Below, one piece after another: positions 55,201-64,000 of a stretch of 64,000 nucleotides of DNA. The first letter of the stretch is position 1. The number at the start of each line of letters is the position of its first letter. Position numbers and translations under genes: made by a program. The DNA comes from Eledone cirrhosa (Eukaryota). Location: positions 238,514,001 to 238,578,000 of the forward strand of contig OZ024742.1 of the NCBI GenBank assembly GCA_964016885.1. The letters run 5' to 3'. The notes under the pieces are model-generated. The model did no database searches and was not told where the DNA came from. It saw nothing but the letters and a program-made list of their open reading frames with translations.

Positions 55201-55993
55201 AAAAAGACAGATGAAACTGTTATGCAAGGAGATTTACTAATTGTAGTTCCCCAACTATACCTGCTTGTAAAAACATACCTAGATGAGGTGAGAGATTTTC
55301 TAGACATTGGTGCATATAAAAATATTCACCATTACATGTGTAGATTTACTACTTATGGTTTCACACTACTACACCTGTGTATATAAATACACCTTTTATT
55401 ATTTTACATCAGTTTTATTTTTTCAGTTGTATATATATTTGTTTTTGTATTTGAATTTCACTGACATAATTTTAACTTGTGTAGATGTGTATAAAAATGT
55501 GTGTGGTGCCACAATAAAATACAGTCAAGCCACTATGTAAAGTGATAGTGCTGGTTCCATGATAAAAAAAAACACCCAGTACACCCGATAAGATGGTAGT
55601 GCTGGCGCCATGGTAAAATCCTCCCAGCACATGCTGTAAAATGGTTGGATTAGGAAGGGCATCCAGCCAAAAACTATGCCCAAAATGGAACATATGAGCA
55701 AGATGTGGTCACCAGACTGATCTAGCCTGAAAAGATGACAACCTGTCTAACCCAAGCCAGCATGTAAAATAGACATTAAACAGGAATAATAATGATGATG
55801 ACTAGATATCTAAACACAGATACATACATTTGGTTGGCATATATTCAGAATATGTTTCAGCTTGACCAAGTTCTTCAATCTCTTCTTCAACTTCTTCTTC
55901 TTCTGGTATGTTGTTATGATGATGATGGTGGTGATGGTGATGGTGGTGGTGATGATAATGAGGTGTGCGAAGTGGCATATTGATCCCTGGAGC
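24910..55993 (-). CDS. SBNO1: Strawberry notch homolog (SBNO1/sno-like), spliced CDS of 27 visible exons, 5'-incomplete
   Basis: 27 GT-AG exons join in phase into 3561 nt. Motifs: [91 protein letters not shown]. No start-codon exon identified in 56000-64000. Confidence 0.95.
25717..25913 (-). CDS. SBNO1: SBNO exon
   Basis: [37 protein letters not shown]...MQIIRLRT...RIVG; tag/gtatgt. Confidence 0.93.
26201..27304 (+). mobile_element. Possible Helitron-like element containing a nested CORE-SINE
   Basis: A|TCTATACATATATATAAAACTGTAGTTGTCTG resembles the family B 5' end; CpG-rich interior; 3' end not resolved. Confidence 0.4.
26545..26878 (-). mobile_element. CORE-type SINE, close copy of 1364-1705
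   Basis: Full-length similarity; atatgcatac-type flanking duplication. Confidence 0.85.
27663..27739 (-). CDS. SBNO1: SBNO exon
   Basis: [26 protein letters not shown]; aag/gtatgt. Confidence 0.9.
27873..28019 (-). CDS. SBNO1: SBNO exon
   Basis: [12 protein letters not shown]...[11 protein letters not shown]...LKKKFKK; aag/gtaaaa. Confidence 0.9.
28957..29049 (-). CDS. SBNO1: SBNO exon
   Basis: [31 protein letters not shown]; tag/gtttgt. Confidence 0.92.
30701..30795 (-). CDS. SBNO1: SBNO exon
   Basis: [31 protein letters not shown]; tag/gtgagt. Confidence 0.9.
31674..31820 (-). CDS. SBNO1: SBNO exon
   Basis: [26 protein letters not shown]...GRWDMGIV; cag/gtgagt. Confidence 0.93.
32354..32428 (-). 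CDS. SBNO1: SBNO exon
   Basis: [24 protein letters not shown]; cag/gtattg. Confidence 0.9.
32891..32990 (-). CDS. SBNO1: SBNO exon
   Basis: [33 protein letters not shown]; tag/gtaagt. Confidence 0.92.
33420..33579. repeat. Compound (TA)n/(TG)n microsatellite
   Basis: Direct reading; similar tracts near 9268-9330, 9535-9590, 18457-18497 and 34210-34275. Confidence 0.95.
33833..34167 (+). mobile_element. RTE 3' UTR fragment
   Basis: Similar to 6500-6851; ends in (GAT)n. Confidence 0.8.
34727..34798 (-). CDS. SBNO1: SBNO exon
   Basis: [24 protein letters not shown]; tag/gtacgt. Confidence 0.94.
34965..35140 (-). mobile_element. tRNA-derived SINE copy
   Basis: Reverse complement of the family consensus. 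Confidence 0.85.
35644..35756 (-). CDS. SBNO1: SBNO exon
   Basis: [37 protein letters not shown]; cag/gtaagt. Confidence 0.94.
36275..36460 (-). mobile_element. tRNA-derived SINE copy
   Basis: Reverse complement of the family consensus. Confidence 0.85.
36990..37125 (-). CDS. SBNO1: SBNO exon
   Basis: [45 protein letters not shown]; tag/gtaagt. Confidence 0.94.
37725..38216. mobile_element. pogo/Tigger-like MITE
   Basis: TA|CAGTGGATCTTCACTTTTCCG ... CGGATAAGCGAAGATGCACTG|TA imperfect TIRs. Confidence 0.75.
38349..38480 (-). CDS. SBNO1: SBNO exon
   Basis: [44 protein letters not shown]; cag/gtatat. Confidence 0.93.
38870..39081. repeat. 42-bp tandem repeat x5 inside a degraded LINE fragment (~38670-39120, minus strand)
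   Basis: Unit catctgacccttcttcattcatatgtctctgaggtaacaaaa: four identical copies and one variant. Confidence 0.95.
39218..39357 (-). CDS. SBNO1: SBNO exon
   Basis: [16 protein letters not shown]...[21 protein letters not shown]; cag/gtaagt. Confidence 0.93.
40029..40235 (-). CDS. SBNO1: SBNO exon (Lys-rich, NLS-like)
   Basis: [27 protein letters not shown]...ALAAVGL; cag/gtaagt. Confidence 0.87.
40274..40436 (+). mobile_element. tRNA-derived SINE copy, 5'-truncated, with TSD
   Basis: Flanked by duplicated attatatttgaaggag. Confidence 0.85.
40869..41027 (-). CDS. SBNO1: SBNO exon (Ser/Asp-rich, DDFNPF)
   Basis: [11 protein letters not shown]...[16 protein letters not shown]; tag/gtgaga. Confidence 0.85.
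41727..41872 (-). CDS. SBNO1: SBNO exon
   Basis: [18 protein letters not shown]...MKRKK; cag/gtatta; phase-compatible. Confidence 0.88.
43219..43406 (+). mobile_element. tRNA-derived SINE copy with TSD
   Basis: Full length; flanked by duplicated tttattgtctatt. Confidence 0.85.
43897..43994 (-). CDS. SBNO1: SBNO exon
   Basis: [32 protein letters not shown]; cag/gtaaga. Confidence 0.93.
44341..46548 (+). mobile_element. Degenerate RTE LINE (related subfamily) in an SBNO intron
   Basis: RT ORF pieces 44663-44962, 44968-46008 and 46032-46229, broken by a short duplication and a frameshift; (GAT)n tail. Confidence 0.92.
47219..47401 (-). CDS. SBNO1: SBNO exon
   Basis: WVRARDLF...[22 protein letters not shown]...KNGK; tag/gtaatt. 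Confidence 0.93.
47843..48051. mobile_element. piggyBac-type MITE
   Basis: TTAA|CCCTTTAGCATTTA ... TAAATGCTAAAGGG|TTAA; TIR nearly identical to that of 61267-62683. Confidence 0.85.
48067..48220 (-). CDS. SBNO1: SBNO exon
   Basis: [25 protein letters not shown]...YNKSVEL; tag/gtaagt. Confidence 0.93.
48859..48964 (-). CDS. SBNO1: SBNO exon
   Basis: [34 protein letters not shown]; tag/gtaagt. Confidence 0.93.
49330..50656 (-). mobile_element. Degenerate L1/Tx1-like RT fragment
   Basis: [17 protein letters not shown] (degenerate YADD), [17 protein letters not shown] remnants; boundaries approximate. Confidence 0.65.
50672..50807 (-). CDS. SBNO1: SBNO exon (DECH motif)
   Basis: [45 protein letters not shown]; tag/gtaagt. 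Confidence 0.93.
50808..51176 (-). other. U12-type (minor spliceosome) GT-AG intron
   Basis: 5' splice site GTATCCTTTT; branch site TCCTTAAC (50822-50829) followed by 14 nt to the terminal TAG. Confidence 0.9.
51177..51338 (-). CDS. SBNO1: SBNO exon
   Basis: [30 protein letters not shown]...WCGEDFDGV; followed by a GTATCCTTT donor. Confidence 0.93.
52250..52612. repeat. Foldback element with ~110-130-nt imperfect inverted arms
   Basis: aaatgagaaaactcatc...tgtcaaagacagcaatg...cagagact mirrored by agtctctctg...cgctgtctttgaca...gatgggttttctcattt. Confidence 0.8.
52674..52764 (-). CDS. SBNO1: SBNO exon
   Basis: [30 protein letters not shown]; cag/gtaaat. Confidence 0.93.
53418..53607 (-). mobile_element. 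tRNA-derived SINE copy
   Basis: Reverse complement of the family consensus. Confidence 0.85.
53912..53996 (-). CDS. SBNO1: SBNO exon (P-loop-like motif)
   Basis: [27 protein letters not shown]; cag/gtaggt. Confidence 0.93.
54160..54478. mobile_element. AT-rich piggyBac-like MITE family (other copies or fragments near 1-115, 15135-15400, 20200-20440, 24200-24500, 31885-32315, 50903-51140, 58050-58200, 59910-60060)
   Basis: Recurrent ends ttaacccttttgatacc / gaaatatggtaacaaaagggttaa and shared internal ttttcaaaataatttgaaaatc; boundaries approximate. Confidence 0.65.
54507..54716 (-). CDS. SBNO1: SBNO exon
   Basis: [19 protein letters not shown]...[16 protein letters not shown]...GFLIG; cag/gtgaat. 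Confidence 0.93.
55828..55993 (-). CDS. SBNO1: SBNO exon: poly-His plus acidic stretch and [11 protein letters not shown]
   Basis: cag/gtatgt boundaries; [14 protein letters not shown]13[29 protein letters not shown]. Confidence 0.88.
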
Positions 55994-56074
55994 CTGACAA
56001 ATAAATAAAATTAAAAATACAAATAGAGATCAATACATTGCAATTAATGAGGCATGGAATAGAAGGTTGATAAT

Positions 56075-56265
56075 ATAATTGTTTCTACTTTTGGCACAAG
56101 GCCAACAACTAACCCCAGTTCATTACTGGTGCTTTATTTTATCAACCCCTGTAAGGATGAAAGGCAAAGTTAATCTCTACGAGATTTGAACTTAGCTAGT
56201 AAAGGGATGTAACTCCATGCTGCAAAGCATGGCATCCGACCCTCTACCGATACTGCCAATCCACC
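56075..56265 (-). mobile_element. tRNA-derived SINE copy
   Basis: Reverse complement of the family consensus. Confidence 0.85.
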
Positions 56266-56732
56266 CTTTGTCACCATATTTCTAACGAAACACACCGCCT
56301 ATGATTTTCAAATGATTTTGAAAATAATCAAAAGTTTAGAAGGCTTTAATATAACTAACTTTCCTATTATCATGTTTGGAGCATAACTTAATAAAAAGTT
56401 GGTGATAGGAAGGGCATCCAACTGTGTCAAAGATATGACAACCTCCCTTGTGTCATGATAAAATACACTCAAAAGAGCATGAAAATGGGATGGTGAATTG
56501 GCCATTTGTTCTGCATTCAAATCCCATTGAGGTCAACTTCGCCTCTAATCTTTTCAAGGTGAATAACAAAAGTACCAGTCCAATACTGGGCTCAGTTCTT
56601 CTATATCTCTCATTTCCAACCACTTTCTCTCCTTTGAAAGAAATCAATTGTTCAGACATGGAGAGGGGATGGGCTCCACTAGGATTAAAACACTATGTTA
56701 CTATGGTGCTCCTATGATTCCACAAGGTATAA

Positions 56733-57170
56733 TTGCACTTCTCAAAAGTAATAACACAGGACTGTGATCTCTGGCGTTATGCAGAAAACCCATCTTCCTA
56801 TGTGCATGGGTTGAGGCATTCATCTAGTATGTGCCGCCTTCCCCTCCATCACTCCTATAAACCTCCCATCTACATCCTAACACCCCCTTCGCCCATACCC
56901 CCAGATCTATCTTCTCAATCCCCATGCACCTTCCCCACCGAAGTCCCCAAGCCACACTGTAAAGTGGTTGTGAAGTTGTTACAACAAAAAGCACCCAGTA
57001 CACACTGTAAATGTGGTTGGCGTTAGGAAGGACATCCAGCCATAGAGAACAAGCCAAAAATCAGTTCTGTACAAGCAAGACACGGTCATCCAACTTGGTT
57101 TGTCTCACAACAGGACAGCTCATCTAACCCATGCTAGCATGGAAAATGGACGTCAAACCGTGATGATAAT
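56733..57170 (+). mobile_element. Older RTE 3' end fragment
   Basis: LHFSKVITQDCDLWRYA C-terminus followed by the family 3' UTR. Confidence 0.75.
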
Positions 57171-59213
57171 GAGCCTTTGTTATACTTTACACTCCAAACA
57201 GACAATGAAAAAGTTAGTTATATTACTAAATCCATCCAAATTGTTGATTATTTTCAAAATTATTTGAAAATCAGAGAACCAATATATTTCATAAGAAATA
57301 TGTTAATGAAAGATCTAATGTTATATAAAATGGATGTTATCCATCTTGCTCAGGGCCTACCCCTAGGTCTCCTGCTGGTTGGTTTTTGCCTGTAAAATCT
57401 GTCAAGAGATTTTTTCCTGAGACATTCTAACCAAATACCAGTGATATCAGAGCTGTGATCTCCCAATATGGAGAAGTAGCAGCTCTACCCTCCAAATTAT
57501 GATTTTCAAAATGATTTGAAAATCATTGGTAGTGTCTTTCATCATAAATTAAATAACAAAAGGAGACCTTTTCAATACCCCACCCCTTCAGACTTCCTCT
57601 GGTTCTATGATACAAAACTATGTCATAATGCACTTATATTTAAATTTATTGAAGTAAAACTTTTTATTTGACTATGTTCTTAACACTATAGTAAAAACAT
57701 CAGTTATTTTATAAAACACCACCAAATTATTGATTAAAATAAAAAATGAATTTAAACACATGAGCAGTGTATTTCACACCCAAGAACACTAACTACAGTT
57801 CCTCTTCCAACAGAGTCCTTTGTTAATTTTCCTCCAGAAAAGTACAGAATACATTCTGTAAAAGTGTTGATGTTAGAAAGAGCCTACAGCAATTAGAAAA
57901 TGCGCCAAACATGGTCCTCTAATCCATTCAGGAGGGTAGTAATTCTGAATAAAAACTGACACACATAGTAACAACCTGCCAACCCATGCCAAATGATAAC
58001 AAGTCACTTGTCAACAACTGTGCACACATTTACTGTCATTATTTTGAATTACCATTTTGTTAACATATTTCTAATAAGAGACACTGTTTATGATTTTCAA
58101 ATCATTTTGAAAATTCATTTTTAATCTGGCATTTGAAATATAATGAAGGTTCTTAGATAAAATTATGATGGAAAGTGTTTAGATAAACTAAACCCTTTTA
58201 AAATAAACAGGATGGATTGTGCCCAGAGTGCCAAATTTGGGAGTAAATTCATATCTCTCCAAAAAAATTGATGCAGTGAAGTCATTTAAAGCTTGGAAGC
58301 GTTTTGGCAAGCTGCAACTGATTCAAAGAAAGCAGCTAATTTTGATTTCTAAACTTGATTTCTTTTCCTGGCATTTGTTGCAAAAATTGTTTAATTGCTG
58401 TGATTTGTAGTTGGCAGAAAAATAAATTAGATTTGTAAATTTTCTCAATTACTTCATAGGGATGGATTTGGCATACTTAGAGAAGGAGTGTATCTCTATG
58501 GCACTTTGGACCCAGCAAAAAAGACCTAATTTATATTGTTGTCTTATTGTCCATTAGAATTACAGTTTACTAATAACGTTATTTCGACAAACCCTCTTCC
58601 TAACAGTCTGAAAAACTGCCAAAATATATGCTCTTTTATTTTGAACCAGGAAGACTAGGACAGTTATGAAATATTCTGGTCTCTAACCAATATTATGCTC
58701 CATATCACAAAATCAGAGAACGAGAAGGTACGGTCTGACAGATTGAAGGCACTTGGGATAGATTTAATGTTACACTTAAAAAAACTTGAAGAGAGTGGCT
58801 TCTCAAATGTGTGCTCACAGCCGGGAACTTTTTGAATGAAATGGAACAAGAACTAGAGTAGGGCAGCTGCAAAACCTCGCCAGCTTTCAGTAAAAGACAA
58901 CAATCATGACATCTTCCGAAGGATGCTTATAATGTCTCAATTGGAAATTTCATCAAAAAGACTTCACCTTAGCTGCTCGATTTGTGGAGAAATAGACACA
59001 CAGCACAATCACTCAAAAATGAAAATGTTTCAGTTTCAATGCAAGAAGAAAGCAAAATTGCCTCCATGTACTTTACATAGACATTAAGTGTGAGTATATT
59101 GAGTATTGAACTTGTGGAGTACTAGAAAAGTTTATCTTTGTATTAGTTTAAAAGCGGGAGTTGGACTCCACCAAGTGTATGTACTGTTACCTCTCCTGTT
59201 CATTATTTTTATG

Positions 59214-59398
59214 GTGGTATAGCAATATCGGTAGAGAGTCGGACGCCATGCTTTGACGCATAGAGTTACGGTCCTTGCCATTCTGTGTTCAAATCCCGCC
59301 GAGGTTAACTTTGCCTTTCATCCTGATGGGGGTCGATAAAATAAAGTACCAGTAATGCACTGGGTTATTGCTGGCCTTGTGCCAAAAGTAGAAACAAT
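59214..59398 (+). mobile_element. tRNA-derived SINE copy inserted into a LINE RT fragment
   Basis: Duplicated attatttttatg flanks; interrupts an LSPVHYF(M)...FANDMV RT remnant. Confidence 0.85.
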
Positions 59399-60139
59399 TA
59401 TTTTTATGAACAGGATTGACATGCACAGCCGGGTTGGAAGTGGTATCATGACTGGTAGGTGTAAAATCAGTTGGCTGGAATTTGCAAACGACATGGTGTT
59501 ACTTAACTCAACAAAAAGTGATCTCCGACTTGCACTTGATAGGTTTGATGCCTGGCTGGAATGAAAATCAGTGCTGCAAAAACTGAGACACTCGTCCTCT
59601 CAAGGAAGCCTGCGCTGTGCACTCTACATGGGAATGGTGCTCCCAGTACATTCAGTAAAGAGGATAGTGTTATGAAAGGTATCCAGTCATAGAAACCATG
59701 CTAAAAATGGGGGTTATGAGCAAGACATAGTTCCTCAACTCATTCTGGAAGACAGTGACACTGAATAAGAAGCAACTCAGTTCATAGTGCCAGTGGAAGG
59801 AACCTGCAGTAGAGGTAGACTAAGAAAGACTTGGGAAGAGGTGCTGTGCTGAGAAGGACGTGTCCAACCCATGTAAATGTGGAAAAATGGACGTTAAAAT
59901 GATGATGACACCTTCCAATATAATTTTATGTAAGAAGCAATGTTAAATTATGCTCCAAACACTAGCTTAATAACTAGTATTATATTAATAAATCCCTGCA
60001 AATTCTTAATTATTTTCAAAATAATTTGAAAATCATAAGCATTTCATTAGAAATATGGTACTCCAAAGACCCCATTTCAGCTACTTGTATTGGGGATCGT
60101 ATTCTTTCAGCCATTACCCCCCATCCCCAATGGTTTGGA

Positions 60140-61020
60140 AGAGAGCTACCTTGACAATTGGAACCTGGAACATCACAACCTTTACAGGTATGGAGTAGGA
60201 ACTAGTGGAGGAGGCTAGATACTACTGACTAGATATAGTCAGTTTCCTCAACAAAGTTCCGAGATTTGGATAGAGGATGGAAACTCAACTATTCAGGTGT
60301 GGTGCCAGAAATGACTGCACAGGCGAATTAGAGATACTCACAAGGCCCCAACTGTCAGAATGTGTTATGGACTGGAACCCATTAGGAGAAGCGATTTGCC
60401 TCTCTAGGCCCAAGTTGAAACATAGGTCTCTCTGTGTGGTGCAAGTTTATGCACAAAACAAGGAGTCCGAATACAGGTCCTTCCTTGATGAAGTCACTTC
60501 AGTGCTAGATGTAGTTAAGACAGTCATATATCCTTATGGGAGACTTTAATGCACATGTTGGCACTGACCACCTGACATGGAAAGGAGTGATTGGAAGGAA
60601 CAGCAACCCCAATGTAAATATGAAGGGGCCTTAGACTTCTGTTCTAGCAATGGACTCTCTATTATGAACATCTTCCAACACATAGACACCGATAAATATA
60701 CATGGTATAAGGGGAATCAAGAACAGAGATCAATAATCGATTTTGTTATTGCTTCTGATTTCTTTGATTCTGTGCTGGATGTTTGCGTTAGGAGAATGGC
60801 TGAGCTGTCAACTGATCACCATCTAGTTATCTGCAACTTGAGACTAACTAAAGCCAAAGAAACTCACAAAACTGGCACATCCAGGGCAATCTACAGGATA
60901 AAGTGGGAAGTGTAGGTGGATTAGGAAGTCAGGACCAGATATGCAGATACTATTGTATCCAAATTCAGTGAACTCCCTGGGCAAGCTGAAGTCATTAAGA
61001 CAGAGTGGAAATTGTTCTGC
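60140..61020 (+). mobile_element. LINE AP-endonuclease fragment, degenerate
   Basis: IGTWNITT, VQVYA, MGDFNAHVG, KYTWY, IIDFV and TDHHLV motifs with stops and frameshifts. Confidence 0.85.
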
Positions 61021-61266
61021 TTCTGATTTACAAATAATTTTGAAAATAATTATTTGGAGGGATTTAAATTTAAGTAGGACCCCTTTAAAATGAATGGTTT
61101 TGGGTGGAATGTTATTCTAAATAATTAATAAACATCAAAAGATATACTAAATATATGAAGAAAATACTAAAATATAAATGTTGAGAAATTTTTAAAGTTA
61201 ATCACAATAAAAATAATGTTCTGTCCCACACTTCATTAATTGTTTTGATCAATCATCATTGTTTAA

Positions 61267-62683
61267 CCCTTTAGCATTCACATTGAATTGTCAAATGTCA
61301 TGTTCATCTATTCGCATTATTTTCACTTAATTATACTCAAGAGGGTTTTCAATTTTATTTGTTTGTAATTATTTTAATTTTCTATGTGCAGACTTGAAAT
61401 TTTGTCAGTAGATGTTTAAATAACTATAATTTACAATTATATATTTTTACCTGATTTTTTTTTGTTAAATTTGACTTTTATGGGCAGGTGAAATTAATTA
61501 ACAGGTGTAAAAGTAATAACTTTATGGATAAACACAAAAATTTAAACTTTATCTGCCTTATCTGTTAGATTTGTTGCAAAAAAATCCAATAATGATCTAG
61601 ATGCTGATTTCCATCAATTCTAGCAGTTTTCCGAACAGGTGAATTAATTAAAAATGCAGGTTTCAGTACAAGGTTTTAGTCTTTCTCTACATTCCAGGCA
61701 AATATTTTCATTGAAAAAAATGTATAAAACCTTTTCACCAGTCAAAATAATATTGGCAATGCACTCAATAAATGTACGATGTAAAATTACATAACAGAAA
61801 GTTCCCAATATATAAGTTTATACACACTTTTAAATTTTTCTGACATTTCAATTAATGGTCGTGTACAGTGGGTCGTAATTTGATTCATTTCTACCAGGGG
61901 CATTTGAAGTATCAACCAGGTGCAAATACTAGTTTAATTTGATGAATCTCGTTTTTGCCATAATACTAGATATATAAGGGTCACCAAACCTTATATCAGT
62001 ACTCCAATAATTCCAGTCATGGAAATTGTTTAATACCAAACAATATTTATGGTAAAAAACGCTTTCATTTCGGCAGAATCTGTCGGACGCCATAACAGAT
62101 CGGGTTTTCCGATATTAGAAATTTGTCGTTGTGCATAGCGATTTGCCACAATTTCGAAGAAAGTTTGTGGTAAAAATAAAAAATAATAATCCAGTGATTT
62201 AGCATCGGGTAGTAATGTGTGTTGTGGTCCAATATTTTCAGTAAAATCCGAAACATGTATCGATGTTGTTTCTTTCAACCACGTTGGTGTTTTTTCAATG
62301 GTGTCAGTCAAATCTTCTCTTTCACTTTCAAAGTGACTATCAGATATATCAGAAATAAATATATCTGATTCGTTTGAAGATAAATCACTGATATTATCTT
62401 CTGTTTCTTTTTGATCTCGAATGTCGTCGGACGTAAAACCTTCAAATTCGTTGTCGCTACTTTCGGAAGCCATGTTACACTTTCAACGTTAAAAACACGT
62501 GTTTTCACAAGTTCTTTAACTATACTAAGAGTTAATTTTCGTGCGTAATCTCGAATTGACGAGATTTCGATGATGTCAATGTTTATTTTTAGAAGGAGAT
62601 CTCCGTGTGTTATTAAATGTCGGTTTTTGTCGGTTTGAATAAATGAAAGGGGACATAATCTTGTCGGTTTGAATGCTAAAGGG
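61267..62683 (-). mobile_element. Internally deleted piggyBac transposon with a transposase N-terminal remnant (ORF 62030-62473)
   Basis: TTAA on both sides; 14-bp TIR CCCTTTAGCATTCA; acidic N-terminus, then LDYYFLFL, NRYA, W.PTD..EMKAFF and frameshifted DYWST, typical of piggyBac/PGBD transposases. Confidence 0.88.
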
Positions 62684-62990
62684 TTAAATGTGTGTACTTC
62701 CTTTTGTAGTAGATTATTGAATATACATAAACAAAAAAAAGTCCTGTTATGTCTGTGAGAAATAATATACACAATGTGAATGAAACAAACCATATATACT
62801 TGTGTATTTTAGTCACACCTCCATCTTACATACATTTACAATGTAACACATTTTGAATTGAGGTCCAGTGGATAAGTTGTATACTGGTTTTTTCCTACAA
62901 AAATACTGTAAAAAACCAGCATGTAACTTATCTATTAGACCCCAATTCAAAATGTTAAATACATATACACACACATACATACATATATAT

Positions 62991-64000
62991 ATCATCATCA
63001 TCTCCGTTTAACATCCATTTTTCCATGCTGGCATGGGTTAGACGAGTTATCCTGTTGTGATCAATGCTAGGTTAGGTGACCATGCCTTGCTCATACAGAA
63101 CCAATTTTGGCTTGGTTTCCACAGCTGGATGCCCTTCTTAGTGCCAACCTCATTTACAATGAGTGTTGGGTGCTTTTTGCCGTGTCACCATCATCACCAC
63201 TTAAAAGGCTTCGGTGGATGTATGCTTCAGCCTCTCCTCATGGGAGAAATATGAGTGGGTAGGTTGGGGTGGTGCATGCTATTTATATGCTTCAGTCTCG
63301 ATCTGTATCCGTGGGAAGTCTGGTCTTCTGTAATACTGCGAAACGCCAGAGATCTCGGTCCTATGTTGTCACCTTTGAGAGGTGCAATTGGGCAAGATCA
63401 GTTTTTATCACCTCATCTCAAGTCTTCTCACTCTACGGCTTCCATCAGCTCTGAGTGCTCTGCACCTTTTTATACAGCTGTCATCTTTCATACACATCAC
63501 ATGTCCATACCAACGCAATCTCCTCTCTTGCACACTGCATCTAATTCCTCTTACACCTAATTTCTCAAGCAGTTCATTTACGCTTTGCCGTTCATGTTAC
63601 ACATCCATCAGAGTAGGCTTCATTCTTTTACAATCTATGAAAGTCTTCTGCACACAGCACCCAGGTGCACGCATCATAGTCTGCTTTTCATTTTGAGGGA
63701 AAAGCTTTTTGTAGCTAGCAGTGGTAATAGTTCCCTGAACTTCTTCCATCTCGTTCTTACTCTGGCTACTCTGCTTTCAGAACACCCACCTCTGCTAATT
63801 TGGTCACCCAGGTAGCAGAAGCTGTCTACTGTTTCTACTGAGCCTTCCCAGAATTTGATAGTGCTTGTTTCCTGTGGTCTTTTGCTGCTTACTGTCTCGG
63901 TGCAACAACTACATGTAAAGCCTACATTCTTTGCTAAGCTTCCTGAGATCCAGTTACATCTCTTGTGTACCCATAGTTTGCATTTGGGGCAGAGGGTGTA
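62991..64000 (-). mobile_element. RTE LINE 3' part running off the window
   Basis: Reverse-complement similarity to the 45540-46548 region ([19 protein letters not shown]); (GAT)n tail near 62991. Confidence 0.88.

Noticed and set aside
58215-59090. Possible degraded DNA transposon or upstream SBNO exon
   Set aside because: Only weak TIR-like and motif-like hints; no frame with good splice sites or recognisable SBNO similarity.
62030-62473. Domesticated PGBD gene
   Set aside because: The ORF is frameshifted, lacks the catalytic DDD core, and still lies between TIRs and TTAA flanks.

Overview
AT-rich, repeat-dense animal genomic DNA. The repeat families and (GAT)n-tailed RTE LINEs suggest a mollusc, probably an octopod cephalopod (inference). 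Two spliced protein-coding genes lie tail-to-tail. On + are the last two coding exons of a RAB5IF/C20orf24-like gene (544-673, 9216-9260). On - are 27 coding exons of a strawberry notch homolog (SBNO1/sno-like, 24910-55993; about 1186 codons plus stop; 5' end not found), with consistent exon phases throughout. One SBNO intron (50808-51176) is a clear U12-type minor-spliceosome intron, and one exon starts with a perfect donor motif (candidate recursive splice site). The rest is transposon-derived: RTE LINEs with a PHD finger after the RT core, their partner CORE-SINE, a second tRNA-derived SINE family, non-autonomous Helitrons with nested LINE insertions, a deleted piggyBac and related MITEs, a deleted mariner, a Tigger-like MITE, and Tx1-like and R4/Dong-like fragments. 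Most short ORFs in the track are spurious. I found no convincing wholly new system; the best leads are splicing features of SBNO and the nested, inverted transposon cluster in the RAB5IF intron.
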